This document shows, one piece after another, positions 1 through 10,043 of a stretch of DNA of 64,000 nucleotides. Position 1 is the first letter of the stretch. Each line of letters begins with the position of its first letter. Made by a program: the position numbers and the translations under genes. Origin of the DNA: Patescibacteria group bacterium (lineage in GTDB: Bacteria > Patescibacteriota > Patescibacteriia > Patescibacteriales > UBA12465); contig JBBRSQ010000001.1 in assembly GCA_038245255.1 (NCBI GenBank), positions 2,335 to 66,334 of the forward strand. The letters run 5' to 3'. The notes under the pieces were generated by a model that ran no database searches, was not told the origin of the DNA, and saw only the letters and a list, made by a program, of their open reading frames with translations.

Positions 1-324
1 ATTATGGCGATTCTTTAAAATAACAGTTGTTGGAATAGCCGTTTTAGACCAATACATTTTTAAAAGTTTCTCCTGTTTTTTAGAAATGAAAACATAGCGT
101 TTAGCCATGGCTAAATCACGCACAAGAATTAAAATTGGTTTTTTAGGATCTCGTTTTTTTAAATGATAAATCTTTTTTATTGATCTGGTCTTATCAGCCA
201 GACAACTTAAACCATAAATAGTATCAGTTGGTAAAACAACCACTTGCCCGATTTGCAAAGAACCGACCACAAGATCAACGATGGCCGGTTTAATTCGAGT
301 TGGTTTTATTTCTACATGTGTCAT
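1..324 (-). CDS. tsaC: L-threonylcarbamoyladenylate synthase (YrdC/Sua5 domain), N-terminal part; the gene runs off the window edge
   Basis: Not in the ORF track because it is truncated by the window edge. Reverse-strand translation from the ATG at 324..322 gives MTHVEIKPTRIKPAIVDL...VVLPTDTIYGLSC... The PTDT(I/V)YGL motif is the YrdC/Sua5 signature. Confidence 0.6.
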   Translation of the reverse strand, partial: MTHVEIKPTRIKPAIVDLVVGSLQIGQVVVLPTDTIYGLSCLADKTRSIKKIYHLKKRDPKKPILILVRDLAMAKRYVFISKKQEKLLKMYWSKTAIPTTVILKNRHN

Positions 325-346
325 GTTTTTAAATGTTTCAGAAGAA

Positions 347-862
347 TTAAATAATCGACTTTAATAACTTAAGTGCTTCGGGCAAAATAGGTAAAATTAG
401 ATTTACTATCTTAAGTAAAAATGGAGAAATAATTGAACCAGTTAGTTGATCGCCAAAAAAGTTTCCAATAACTGCATAGCGCGATGCAACAAATAAAATT
501 AGGCCTAAACTTAAAGCTCCTTCAAAAAATCCTAAGCCAGCGCCGGCTAAATTATTAATATATTTACTCCCGGGAATAAAGGCTAATAAATTAAATATTT
601 TTTCAATTAATTTAAAGACTAGGTCCATTAAACTAGTCACGACTACAAATAAAATAATAAAAACTATAACCTTTCCAATTGCTTCATGATTACTAAAAAC
701 CTTGGCAACTAAAGTAAAAGCACTTAAATAAAAATGACTAGCAATATATGCCCCAATGATTAAACCAATCACATGACCAAGTAATCTAATTAATCCTTTA
801 AACAGACCATTTAAAGTATACGCAGCTAGAATTATAATTAAACTAATGTCGAAAATGGACAT
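347..862 (-). CDS. CvpA-family (colicin V production-like) small integral membrane protein
   Basis: 171 aa with four predicted TM helices. Length and hydrophobicity pattern are typical of the CvpA family. Confidence 0.5.
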   Translation of the reverse strand: MSIFDISLIIILAAYTLNGLFKGLIRLLGHVIGLIIGAYIASHFYLSAFTLVAKVFSNHEAIGKVIVFIILFVVVTSLMDLVFKLIEKIFNLLAFIPGSKYINNLAGAGLGFFEGALSLGLILFVASRYAVIGNFFGDQLTGSIISPFLLKIVNLILPILPEALKLLKSII

Positions 863-867
863 ATATT

Positions 868-2316
868 TTATGATAATAAACGAGGAAATAAAGACTCCTC
901 TTTTTTAATTTGCGGATTCAAAAACTGGGCTTGTATTTTTTGGGCAGTTCCAGGAAGGAAAGGCTCAAGTAGATAAGCTAAATTTAGAATTGTTTGTGCT
1001 AAGGGACGTAAAACATTTTCAATCTCTGCTTTTTCTGCCATTTTCCAAGGCGCCTTTTGACTTAAATTCTCATCGCATAGTTTTATTTGTTCCCAAATTG
1101 TTTGAAGAGCCTCATTAAAACGATAAGATTCGAAACTTTCAGTGAATTGTTTAACCACCGCGGAAATTTCAGTATTCTCTAAATCTATTTTTAAATTAGT
1201 TGCAATCTCATTTTTTTCAAGTAGATTTGAAACTCTGGCAATAAGATTGCCAATTCCATTAGCTAAATCTGAATTATAGCGTGTTCGAAATTTTTCTTCA
1301 CTATAGTCGCCGTCTTCAAAGGGAGAAATTTCAGCGAGCAAATAATAACGAACTGCGTCAGTTCCATATTTTTCCACTAAATCATAAGGATCAACGACGT
1401 TGCCTAAGCTTTTGCTCATTTTTTGACCATCAGAAGTTAGAAATCCAAAAACCAAAACTTGCTTTGAATTAGCAAGGCCGGCCGACATTAACATTGCTTG
1501 CCACATCGCCGCTTGCGGACGTAGATTATCTTTTCCACACACTTGAACACCGGGCCAATAATTCTTAAAATTATCAGTGGCCTCAGGCCAGCCTAAAGTC
1601 GAAATATAATTAACCAAAGCATCAAACCAAACATACATTACTTGGCTTTCATCGCCGGGCACGGAGACTCCGTTAGGCATTTTTTCTTTCAATCTCGAAA
1701 TACTAAAATCCTGAAGTCCAGAACCTACAAAAGAACTTATTTCTTTAAGTCGGCTAGCTGGAATAACAAAGTTTGGATTATTCTTATAAAGTTCTAACAA
1801 TTTATCCTGGTATTTTGAAAACCTAAAAAAATAATTTTCTTCATTAATAATTTCGAGCTCTTGATTCGGATGGAGGGGGCAACAGCCATTAACTAATTCC
1901 GAATCCGTTTTTTCCATCTCACAACCGACACAGTATTTCACGGCATAACTTTTCTTATAAATGTCGCCACTTGAATCGCAACGACGCCAAAATTCTTGCG
2001 CAGCCTTTTTATGATCTTCGTCAGTTGTTCTAATAAATTTATTATAGGAAAGATTAAGTTTTTCCTTTAAAGGCAAAAATTTTGCAGAATAAATATCGCA
2101 ATATTCCTTAATACTAATACCCATTTCTTGAGCTTTTTGAAAAATCTTCAAACCGTGCTCGTCGGTTCCGGTATTAAAAAAAACAATAGCGCCTCTTTGC
2201 GCTTCAAAGCGGGCAATGACGTCCGCTTTAATAATTTCAGCAGCAAAACCGATGTGCGGCGCTGAATTAATATATGGTAAAGTTGTTGTTATATAGTAGT
2301 ATTTTTTTTCTGGCAT
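868..2316 (-). CDS. metG: methionyl-tRNA synthetase
   Basis: Class I aaRS HIGH-like region ([12 protein letters not shown]), KMSKS motif ([12 protein letters not shown]) and a Cys4 zinc knuckle (CVGCEMEK...CCPLH). Confidence 0.93.
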   Translation of the reverse strand: MPEKKYYYITTTLPYINSAPHIGFAAEIIKADVIARFEAQRGAIVFFNTGTDEHGLKIFQKAQEMGISIKEYCDIYSAKFLPLKEKLNLSYNKFIRTTDEDHKKAAQEFWRRCDSSGDIYKKSYAVKYCVGCEMEKTDSELVNGCCPLHPNQELEIINEENYFFRFSKYQDKLLELYKNNPNFVIPASRLKEISSFVGSGLQDFSISRLKEKMPNGVSVPGDESQVMYVWFDALVNYISTLGWPEATDNFKNYWPGVQVCGKDNLRPQAAMWQAMLMSAGLANSKQVLVFGFLTSDGQKMSKSLGNVVDPYDLVEKYGTDAVRYYLLAEISPFEDGDYSEEKFRTRYNSDLANGIGNLIARVSNLLEKNEIATNLKIDLENTEISAVVKQFTESFESYRFNEALQTIWEQIKLCDENLSQKAPWKMAEKAEIENVLRPLAQTILNLAYLLEPFLPGTAQKIQAQFLNPQIKKEESLFPRLLS

Positions 2317-2318
2317 AT

Positions 2319-3041
2319 TTATAATTTTTTTATCAAAACCACAAATTCTCCTTTTAAATTTGTCGGCTTCAGTTTAATTTCACTTAAAACACTTTTTGCA
2401 CTACCAACATAAAATGATTCAAACATTTTAGTAAGTTCACGGGCTACCATAACGCTCAATTCGGTTTCCCCGCGGACAATTTCTAATTCTTCAAGTAACT
2501 TAACGATTCGATGTTTAGATTCATAAAGAACAACTGGATAATTGCTACTTAAAATTTCTTTTAACATAGTTTGTCTCCCTTTTTTATTCGGTAAAAAACC
2601 TAAAAAAAGAAATCGATCGAAGCCGACGCCACTAATTGAAATCGCCGCTCCGAGAGCCGAAACCCCAGGGACACTTTCAATTAAAACTTTATCCCCGAAC
2701 TCTGCCCGAACGAGCGAAACAAGCTTCCCTCCTGGATCCGATATCCCGGGAGTGCCCGCATCGGTAACGAGTGCTAAATTTTTACCTTCGCGCAGCAATG
2801 TAATAATCTTATCAGTTTTCAATTCGCCTGAATGCTGATGGTAAGAAATAGTCGGAGTTTTTACGTCATAATGATTTAATAATTTCTGCGTAACACGTGT
2901 GTCTTCGCATAAAATAGCGTCGGATTCCTTCAAAGTTCTTAAAGCCCGGAAAGTTAAATCCTCAAGATTTCCAATTGGAGTAGCGACAATGCGTAATATA
3001 CTCATATAATTATTCCATGTTTTCTCTGCGTTCACGGACAT
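2319..3041 (-). CDS. rsmI: 16S rRNA (cytidine1402-2'-O)-methyltransferase RsmI
   Basis: Tetrapyrrole-methylase-fold N-terminus [34 protein letters not shown], typical of RsmI. Confidence 0.88.
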   Translation of the reverse strand: MSVNAEKTWNNYMSILRIVATPIGNLEDLTFRALRTLKESDAILCEDTRVTQKLLNHYDVKTPTISYHQHSGELKTDKIITLLREGKNLALVTDAGTPGISDPGGKLVSLVRAEFGDKVLIESVPGVSALGAAISISGVGFDRFLFLGFLPNKKGRQTMLKEILSSNYPVVLYESKHRIVKLLEELEIVRGETELSVMVARELTKMFESFYVGSAKSVLSEIKLKPTNLKGEFVVLIKKL

Positions 3042-4737
3042 ATTTAGTCCAATCTTCAGCGATTTCGACTAAAATCTTAAATGGTGCCTCAAGAATGAAA
3101 TCAAAAATAAATATAAATACATTAATCTTTGAAACATTGTTTGATAACCACTTGCCAACTAAAATTATCGGCATGTAAAACAAATCGATAATAAAAGTAA
3201 ACAAATTCTCTCTTTTTTCGACAATTAAAAGGTCTTTAACGCCTTTGGTAACAATGATGCTAAAAAAGCTAACAAAGGCCAAGAAGAATAAGAATATCGT
3301 TATACTAACCCAATTAAAGTTAATAATTAGTAAAAGTTTAATAATTAAATAAATTGAAACTGTAAAGGAAGCCGCATAAATTAAACTAAATATCGCGCTA
3401 ATAAAGCCTTTACGCCCAACTGGCTTGCGTAAAGTAATCGGTTGTTTTTTTTCATTTCCAACAAAAGCAATTTCCTTAATTCCATTTATAATTTTGTCGG
3501 TATTATCCTCCTGTGGAGTTCTGGTTAAAAGAACGATAAAAAATAGAAGAACGGCTGGAAAAGAGATATTAATTCCTAGTGCGAATATATTTAAAGGCTC
3601 ATGAAACCAATTAATGGCCGGAAGCTCAATTGCAATTGCAAAAATAGATTTCGTTAAAAAAATATAAATAATGCTTCGAATGGCGGCGCGCCATAGTTTT
3701 CCTTTGGCCTTTTTATATTTTAAATTACATATTTTTCTAACACTAGCAATAAAATTCTTTTCGCTTTTCTGAAGCTCACCATAAACTTTCGTCGGATCAC
3801 TCTCAATTGTTTCCGCTAAGACTGTGAAATAAAGCGCATAAACCTGTACTAGTTTATCAAGTTGGCGCGTTAAAGGATGATTCAGCTGTACTTTAACTAT
3901 AGCATTAAGTTCGTGCATCTTTGCGGCAATCGCTTTTATTTTTTTATCATCATCAGCGTCTAAAACATCTTTATCACGTAAATCAATCCAATCGCTATTA
4001 TAATATTTAAATAAGACAAAACCGAGCATGTCTTCGTCTAGTTTTAAATAGGTTCGACCAATACTCAAATAAATTTGAATATCCAAATCATCGCCATAAG
4101 GCAAATCAGCTGGCAATTTAATATCTCTAACTAGGGTATCAAAAAGGTTATTTACAATTATCTGTTTAACGCGGTTAGGCGCAAGATTCTCTTCAATTTC
4201 GCAAGCTGCTAAAGTTAAAAGCCAAGTGACTAAATGATTTTTTTCATTAATTAAATCTTTCGCCCTATTAATATCAGTCTTCAGACTGAGTGAGGCATTA
4301 ATTTTCAAAACCATCTGATCCTTCAGGCGAATGTATTTTTCCAGTAAAACTGCAATTTCCCGTAGCTTTGTTTCTGGTATTTTATTGTTCGGCAAATAAC
4401 TAGCTCTAATAAGCTCAACCAGCAAGTGGTTGGCGATACCAACACTGTCAGTTTCTCTAACGACGCCTTCAATCATTACCTGCCGACGCAGAATCCGAGC
4501 TATCGCATTTTTACGAAGCAGATGTTCTTCTTCATAGTCAACAGCATTACGAACCTTTTCATAAAAAAAAGCCACCCGTGAAATTATCGTCGAAACTTTA
4601 ATTTTCGTGATATCATCAAAGAGTTGTTCTTTAATATTTTGTTCGCTGTAGATTACTTGAAAAAGTTTTTTTGTGTTCTCATTAATCTCCACCGGTTGCA
4701 AATCTTCGGCTCTTTTAATTAGATTTGGGCTAACCAT
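3010..4737 (-). CDS. hypothetical membrane protein with a soluble N-terminal domain and a C-terminal multi-TM region
   Basis: 575-aa ORF. The C-terminal third is strongly hydrophobic. No motif was recognised. Confidence 0.5.
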   Translation of the reverse strand: MVSPNLIKRAEDLQPVEINENTKKLFQVIYSEQNIKEQLFDDITKIKVSTIISRVAFFYEKVRNAVDYEEEHLLRKNAIARILRRQVMIEGVVRETDSVGIANHLLVELIRASYLPNNKIPETKLREIAVLLEKYIRLKDQMVLKINASLSLKTDINRAKDLINEKNHLVTWLLTLAACEIEENLAPNRVKQIIVNNLFDTLVRDIKLPADLPYGDDLDIQIYLSIGRTYLKLDEDMLGFVLFKYYNSDWIDLRDKDVLDADDDKKIKAIAAKMHELNAIVKVQLNHPLTRQLDKLVQVYALYFTVLAETIESDPTKVYGELQKSEKNFIASVRKICNLKYKKAKGKLWRAAIRSIIYIFLTKSIFAIAIELPAINWFHEPLNIFALGINISFPAVLLFFIVLLTRTPQEDNTDKIINGIKEIAFVGNEKKQPITLRKPVGRKGFISAIFSLIYAASFTVSIYLIIKLLLIINFNWVSITIFLFFLAFVSFFSIIVTKGVKDLLIVEKRENLFTFIIDLFYMPIILVGKWLSNNVSKINVFIFIFDFILEAPFKILVEIAEDWTKYVRERRENME

Positions 4738-4808
4738 ATAAAAAATCTGCTAATTTCTTAACAATATTATTGTATCGTGTTTATGGTCAAAAGGCAACTG
4801 ACTAGAAC

Positions 4809-4837
4809 TTGACATCTTGCTCCTTATTTTGTATTAT
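4809..4837 (+). promoter_or_regulatory. sigma70-like promoter for the secE-nusG-rplK-rplA operon
   Basis: TTGACA (4809-4814), 17-nt spacer, TATTAT (4832-4837). Lies 55 nt upstream of the secE ATG. Confidence 0.55.
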
Positions 4838-4892
4838 TATTATAGTTAAATGAGATGACCGACGAGGTCATTTTTAAATACCAATCAAGAAT

Positions 4893-5078
4893 ATGAACAA
4901 ATTAAGTAATTACATTAGAGAGTCGATTATCGAGATGAAAAAAGTCACCTGGCCGACTCAAAAAGAAACTCGAAACTATACTATTTTAGTAATCGGAATC
5001 AGTATTGGCGTCGCTTTATTCTTAGGCCTTTTAGATTTTATCTTCACGACTGCCTTTCAATATTTTCTTACTAGATAA
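4893..5078 (+). CDS. secE: preprotein translocase subunit SecE
   Basis: 61-aa single-TM protein with KVTWPTQKETRNYTILVIGISIGVALFLGLLDFIF. Sits in the conserved position upstream of nusG. Confidence 0.85.
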   Translation: MNKLSNYIRESIIEMKKVTWPTQKETRNYTILVIGISIGVALFLGLLDFIFTTAFQYFLTR

Positions 5079-5122
5079 TAAAAAATTAATCGTTCTTAAA
5101 TTCACAAATTTATTACAAATTT

Positions 5123-5668
5123 ATGGCCAAGCAATTATTAAATCAAGGCCGACGTTGGTACGTTATCCACACTTATTCTGGATACGAAGAGAATGTCGCA
5201 CAAAACCTAAAACAGAGAGTAGAATCTCTGGATATGGAAGACAAAATTTTTAACATTCTGATTCCAACTGAAAAGAAAATTAAAATCAAAAATGGCAAAC
5301 GTAAAGTAGTTGAAGAAAAAATCTTTCCGGGCTATATTCTCGTAGAAATGATGGTTACTGATGAGTCCTGGTATATTGTAAGAAACACCCCTAATGTTAC
5401 GGGTTTTATTGGAACAGGCACTATCCCGACGCCAATTGGCGAGGCCGAAGTTAAAGCCTTGCAAAAAAGAATGGGCGTTGAGGATCCGAAGTTCCAAATC
5501 GATGTCGTTATTGGTAGTCCCGTCCGCATTAATGAAGGTCCATTTAAAAACATGGAAGGTAAAGTTACTTCAGTTGATGAAGCTAAGGGCAAGGTTAAGG
5601 TTTCTGTTTCCCTTTTCGGTCGAGAAACACCAGTCGAATTAGATTTTCTCCAAATTAAAAAAGTTTAA
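5123..5668 (+). CDS. nusG: transcription termination/antitermination factor NusG
   Basis: NGN domain ([14 protein letters not shown]...[10 protein letters not shown]) plus a KOW C-terminus. Conserved secE-nusG-rplK-rplA order. Confidence 0.95.
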   Translation: MAKQLLNQGRRWYVIHTYSGYEENVAQNLKQRVESLDMEDKIFNILIPTEKKIKIKNGKRKVVEEKIFPGYILVEMMVTDESWYIVRNTPNVTGFIGTGTIPTPIGEAEVKALQKRMGVEDPKFQIDVVIGSPVRINEGPFKNMEGKVTSVDEAKGKVKVSVSLFGRETPVELDFLQIKKV

Positions 5669-5709
5669 CAAATAGCGAACGATGCTTCTGCGCTCGCACA
5701 AATTATTAT

Positions 5710-6132
5710 ATGGCAAAAAAAATAAAGACAAAAATTAAATTGCAAATCGCTGGCGGCCAAGCTAACCCAGCTCCTCCAGTCGGTCCAGCTTTAGGACAGC
5801 ACGGCCTTAATATTGCTGAATTCTGTAAGAGTTTCAATGATAAAACTAAGGACAAAATGGGTGATATTATTCCTGTTGAAATCACTGTTTATGAAGACAG
5901 AACTTATGATTTTATCCTTAAAACTTCCCCTGCTTCAGAATTGATTAAAAAAGCGGCCGGAATTAAAAAAGGATCAGGTAAGCCTCTAACCGAAAAAGTC
6001 GGTTCAATTACTAAAGCCCAGCTAGAAGAAATCGCAAAAACTAAAATGCCTGATTTAAGCGCTAATGACCTCGAAGCTGCTAAAAGCATCATTGCGGGCA
6101 CGGCTCGACAAATGGGTGTTGATATTAAATAA
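5710..6132 (+). CDS. rplK: 50S ribosomal protein L11
   Basis: [36 protein letters not shown] is the L11 signature. Confidence 0.96.
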   Translation: MAKKIKTKIKLQIAGGQANPAPPVGPALGQHGLNIAEFCKSFNDKTKDKMGDIIPVEITVYEDRTYDFILKTSPASELIKKAAGIKKGSGKPLTEKVGSITKAQLEEIAKTKMPDLSANDLEAAKSIIAGTARQMGVDIK

Positions 6133-6195
6133 TAAAATAATTGTGGGAGTTGGCTCTGCTTAAGCAGTCAGCGAACGTTAAACCACGACAACATT

Positions 6196-6939
6196 ATGGC
6201 CAAGAAAGAAATAGTTGCTAAGGTGGCAAAAAAAACTTCAAAAAAAGATGAAAAAAAGATTGTAAAAGTTATAAAAAAAGTTGATAACTCGACAGTTTAT
6301 GATCGCTTAAAAAGCTACACGATTGATGAAGCCTTAGAAATAGTAAAAAAACTAACAAAGACTAAATTTGACGCCTCAGTCGAGGTGCATTTCCGTCTTG
6401 GAATAAATACTAAAAAAGGTGATCAACAGGTTCGTGGAGCTGTTAGCTTGCCTAACGGAACCGGTAAAACCGTTAAAGTCGCCGCTTTTGTTTCCCCGGA
6501 AAATGAAAAAGCAGCTAAGGCGGCTGGAGCTGATTTTGTTGGTGGGGATGATTTAATCGCTGAAATTAAAAAAAGTGAAAAAACTGACTTTCAAGTCGCA
6601 ATTGCCGAACCATTAATGATGAAAAATTTAGCCGTTATCGCTAAAATCCTTGGTACACGCGGATTAATGCCTTCACCAAAAAATGATACTGTAACGACTA
6701 ACCCAGCAAAAGCGATTGAGGAGTTAAAGAAAGGAAAAATTAGCTTTAAAAATGATGATACCGCTAATGTTCATACCGTTATCGGCAAAGTTAGCTTTGA
6801 TACAAAAAAATTAATTGAAAATTACCAAACTCTACTTGATACAATTAAAAAATCAAAACCGGCTTCTTCAAAAGGAACATTTATTAAAAACATCAGTATT
6901 GCCTCATCAATGAGCGCGGGTGTAAAAGTTCTCTTGTAA
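6196..6939 (+). CDS. rplA: 50S ribosomal protein L1
   Basis: VEVHFRLGINTKKGDQQVRGAVSLPNGTGKTVKVAAF is the L1 signature. Has a Lys-rich N-terminal extension. Confidence 0.95.
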   Translation: MAKKEIVAKVAKKTSKKDEKKIVKVIKKVDNSTVYDRLKSYTIDEALEIVKKLTKTKFDASVEVHFRLGINTKKGDQQVRGAVSLPNGTGKTVKVAAFVSPENEKAAKAAGADFVGGDDLIAEIKKSEKTDFQVAIAEPLMMKNLAVIAKILGTRGLMPSPKNDTVTTNPAKAIEELKKGKISFKNDDTANVHTVIGKVSFDTKKLIENYQTLLDTIKKSKPASSKGTFIKNISIASSMSAGVKVLL

Positions 6940-6954
6940 TCTTCTATATTTATC

Positions 6955-6988
6955 TAAAAACAGGGCTCTTGGGCCCTGTTTTTTTTGG
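6955..6988 (+). terminator. Rho-independent terminator after rplA
   Basis: GC stem cagggc/gccctg (6961-6966 and 6973-6978) followed by a T9 run. Confidence 0.7.
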
Positions 6989-7039
6989 AAAATACTGAAA
7001 TTTTCTGATAAATAACTTAGGTATTGAAAGCCAAAACTA

Positions 7040-7068
7040 TTGACTTTAGGCTTAAAATCCGATATAAT
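7040..7068 (+). promoter_or_regulatory. consensus sigma70 promoter for the RRM-protein gene
   Basis: Perfect TTGACT (7040-7045), 17-nt spacer, TATAAT (7063-7068). Lies about 60 nt upstream of the ATG at 7128. Confidence 0.65.
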
Positions 7069-7127
7069 CTTTTCTAGGTAAGCTAGGTCGGCTTACGTTT
7101 AATAAAATAAGTAAAAAAGCAAACAAA

Positions 7128-7385
7128 ATGAAAAAGTTATTTATCGGCGGCTTGTCATTCAAGACGACCGAACAAGGATTAGCGGATGCATTCGCTAAAG
7201 CAGGAACAGTTTTATCTGCCGTTATTATTTCTGATCGTATGACTCATCGCTCAAAAGGCTTTGGCTTCGTCGAAATGGAAAATGACGATGATGCTGAAAA
7301 TGCAATCGCCATGTATAACAACAAGGAATTAGATGGACGCAATGTCGTTGTTAACGAAGCTCGTCCTCTAGAAAAGAGATTCTAA
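7128..7385 (+). CDS. RRM-type (RNP-1/RNP-2) RNA-binding protein
   Basis: RNP-2 LFIGGL and RNP-1 KGFGFVEM motifs in an 85-aa single-RRM protein. Confidence 0.85.
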   Translation: MKKLFIGGLSFKTTEQGLADAFAKAGTVLSAVIISDRMTHRSKGFGFVEMENDDDAENAIAMYNNKELDGRNVVVNEARPLEKRF

Positions 7386-7408
7386 TCAACTCTATTCAAA
7401 TTGAAAAT

Positions 7409-7445
7409 AAAAAAAATACTCCTATTTGGAGTATTTTTTTGTTTT
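7409..7445. terminator. bidirectional Rho-independent terminator
   Basis: A7 run, then stem tactcc/ggagta (7417-7422 and 7428-7433), then T8 run. Serves the + strand RRM gene and the - strand iscU gene. Confidence 0.7.
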
Positions 7446-7958
7446 TTATTTCTTAGTAACTGTTTCTCTTTTTTTTACTGGCACGGTTTTTGCTTTTGTC
7501 GGAGTTTTTTTTACACTTTTCACGGCCTTTTTCGCTTTTATCCCTGTCTTTTTTGTTTTTACAGGATTACTTAAATAAACCGGCACTAGCCTGCTTTCAT
7601 AATCAGCGATGGCTTTTTGAAGTCCCTGGACGGCCATTACAGAACAATGGACTTTTTGTTGTGGTAAACCACCAAGCTCAGATACAACTTTTTGCCATTT
7701 ATATTTCTTTGCTTGATCAATGGTCATCCCTTTGACTTTTTCAGTCATAATTGAAGCAGTCGCAATATTTGAAGCACAACCAAATGATAAAAATTTTACA
7801 TCTTTAATTCTCCCCTTTTCAACTTTCAAGAAAAAATCAAGCTGGTCACCGCAAACCATATTCCCAATTTGTGCATAACCATCCGGTTTTTTCATTTCTC
7901 CGATATTCTGAGGCTTCAGAAAATGATTAATTGTTTTTTTTGTATAATTTAACGCCAT
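7446..7958 (-). CDS. iscU: IscU/NifU-like Fe-S cluster scaffold with a Lys/Ala/Thr-rich basic C-terminal tail
   Basis: N-terminal U-type scaffold with three conserved Cys (MVCGDQL, FGCAS, HCSVM). The last ~40 aa (KTKKTGIKAKKAVKSVKKTPTKAKTVPVKKRETVTKK) form a histone-H1-like tail. Confidence 0.85.
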   Translation of the reverse strand: MALNYTKKTINHFLKPQNIGEMKKPDGYAQIGNMVCGDQLDFFLKVEKGRIKDVKFLSFGCASNIATASIMTEKVKGMTIDQAKKYKWQKVVSELGGLPQQKVHCSVMAVQGLQKAIADYESRLVPVYLSNPVKTKKTGIKAKKAVKSVKKTPTKAKTVPVKKRETVTKK

Positions 7959-7992
7959 ATATTTTATTTATGTTTTTTAAATTTTATCTAAT

Positions 7993-9144
7993 TTATTTAA
8001 TCGGACTAAAACTTCGCAGTCTTTTAACGGTATCCTTTAAACATTTAATAGTATAGTCTATTTCTTTCTTAGTGTTATATCTGCCAAGTGAAAAACGGAT
8101 ATTACTATTTAAGAAATTTTTATTTAGACCAATCGCTGATAAAACAGTTGAAGCGCGTAAATTTGTTGCTGAACATGCTGAACCGGTTGAAACACAAATC
8201 CCTTTATATGATAAGTCCATTAATATCGCTTCCCCTTCAATTGAGCCAAACATCACATTTAAATTTGCCGGAACTCTTTTAATAGCCGAACCATTTAATT
8301 TAACTCCGGAAATTTCCTTTTGCATTTGTTTCCAAAAATAATCCTTCAAAATTTTTATTTTTTTTAAATATGTAGTTCTTTCTTTATAAGCTAACTCAAG
8401 CGCACTAACGGCGCCAATAATTCCGGGCATGTTATACGTTCCGGCTCTGACCCCGTTTTCTTGTCCACCGCCAATTATAAGCGGCTTAATTTTGATTCCT
8501 TTACCGATATAAGCAATCCCAACCCCCTTTGGACCATAAAATTTATGAGCCGAAAGACTCAGCAAATCAATGCCCATTTTCTTGATATCGATTTGTAAAT
8601 ACGGAATAGCTTGGACGGCATCAGTATGAAAATAGGCGCCGAATTTATGAGCAATTTTAGCCAGTGCGCTAATATCTTGAATAGTACCAATTTCATTATT
8701 AACCATCATAACCGAAACCAAAACGGTTTCTTTATCGATTATTTTCTCGAGCGCTTCGGGGCTCACAATCCCTTCCGCATTAACAGGCGCAAATTCAACC
8801 GTAAAACCGGCGCGAGTAAGTTCATTGGCCGACTCTTTAACACAAGGATGTTCAATATTTGAAATAATTATCTTTTTACCCTTATTTTGATTAGCCAGCG
8901 CTACACCTTTAACTATTAAGTTATTTGATTCGGTTGCACTTGATGTAAATATTACGCTTTCAGACTCGCCACCTAAAAGCTTAGCGACTCGTTCTTTTGC
9001 GTCCTGAAGGGCTATAAAGGCCTCCTGTCCTAAAGAATGAATAGAAGAGGCGTTTCCATACTTTTCAAGGAAATAAGGCTTCATTTTTGCCAATATTCTC
9101 TCGTCGAGACGAGTGGTCGCCGCATTATCTAAATATACTTTCAT
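7993..9144 (-). CDS. iscS: cysteine desulfurase (class V aminotransferase, IscS/NifS)
   Basis: PLP-binding lysine region SLSAHKFYGPKGVGIAY, the active-site cysteine loop (STGSACS) and a NifS-like N-terminus. Confidence 0.9.
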   Translation of the reverse strand: MKVYLDNAATTRLDERILAKMKPYFLEKYGNASSIHSLGQEAFIALQDAKERVAKLLGGESESVIFTSSATESNNLIVKGVALANQNKGKKIIISNIEHPCVKESANELTRAGFTVEFAPVNAEGIVSPEALEKIIDKETVLVSVMMVNNEIGTIQDISALAKIAHKFGAYFHTDAVQAIPYLQIDIKKMGIDLLSLSAHKFYGPKGVGIAYIGKGIKIKPLIIGGGQENGVRAGTYNMPGIIGAVSALELAYKERTTYLKKIKILKDYFWKQMQKEISGVKLNGSAIKRVPANLNVMFGSIEGEAILMDLSYKGICVSTGSACSATNLRASTVLSAIGLNKNFLNSNIRFSLGRYNTKKEIDYTIKCLKDTVKRLRSFSPIK

Positions 9145-9263
9145 ATCTTAAATTATATAATTTTTAGTGATTTAAACTATAACAAATTTATCACTATGTG
9201 TCCATTATATACGCAAAGATATAAAATTAAAATATTGAAAAATAAAATTATCTGAGTCCAAAC

Positions 9264-9290
9264 AAAAACCCGCTATAAACGGGTTTTTGT
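9264..9290. terminator. bidirectional terminator downstream of the cyclophilin gene
   Basis: A-run, stem acccg/cgggt around loop ctataaa, then T5 run. Confidence 0.6.
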
Positions 9291-9311
9291 GTGGAAAACA
9301 TTTTAATTTTT

Positions 9312-10037
9312 TTACTTGAGAAGTTCAATACTATTAATTACAATATCAGTTGTCGGCCGATCATTGACGCCCGTTTCTTCCGCTTCAATTTTTTTAACAA
9401 CATCTAGTCCTGCGATAACTTGCCCAAAGTTTGTGTGCTTGCCATCAAGCCACGGGGTTTCCGGAATAGTAACTATAAAGAATTGGGAACCATTAGTATT
9501 TGAACCGGAGTTAGCCATTGCTAAACTACCAAGAACGAGTTTATGGGCATTAAATTCATCCTTAAACTGATAACCAGGACCGCCAGTTCCCCAGGCAGCT
9601 GAATTAGATTCTTTACTTAACGGATCACCACCTTGAATCATAAAATCTTTAATAATTCTATGAAATTTAGTTCCATTATAAAATCCTGATTTAGCTAAAT
9701 TTAAAAAATTATTAACTGTTACTGGCGATTCATTTGCATAAAACTTGACCGTTATATTTCCATCAGTGGTTTTTATAATTGCTTGTGAATAAGTTTTTAA
9801 TAAATCTTCTTGTTTGTCAGGGCTTAACATAATAGTATTATTTTGAACCGGAGCCTCAGTTGCAATTGTTTGACTAACTTCATTCGTCGCAACGCTCATA
9901 TCCGGTACGGAAATTGTGTTTTCCGCTAAATTAGAATTAATAGTGTTTTGATCTTTAATGGTCGCAGTCTGGCTTGTACAAGCTGAGACGCTAAAGGCAA
10001 TTAATAATATTGCGCTAAATAACAGAATTTTCTTCAT
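9312..10037 (-). CDS. cyclophilin-type peptidyl-prolyl cis-trans isomerase, lipoprotein
   Basis: Signal peptide with lipobox (LIAFSVSAC). Cyclophilin motifs FHRIIKDFMIQGGDP and GSQFFI. Confidence 0.9.
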   Translation of the reverse strand: MKKILLFSAILLIAFSVSACTSQTATIKDQNTINSNLAENTISVPDMSVATNEVSQTIATEAPVQNNTIMLSPDKQEDLLKTYSQAIIKTTDGNITVKFYANESPVTVNNFLNLAKSGFYNGTKFHRIIKDFMIQGGDPLSKESNSAAWGTGGPGYQFKDEFNAHKLVLGSLAMANSGSNTNGSQFFIVTIPETPWLDGKHTNFGQVIAGLDVVKKIEAEETGVNDRPTTDIVINSIELLK

Positions 10038-10043
10038 AGTTTT

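Noticed and set aside
1281-1472. Small antisense or internal ORFs inside well-supported genes (1281..1472, 2542..2838, 5207..5642, 8072..8862, 16182..16541, 17117..17599, 45104..45646 and similar)
   Set aside because: These are shadow ORFs on the opposite strand or in alternate frames of strongly supported conserved genes. They have no independent signals.
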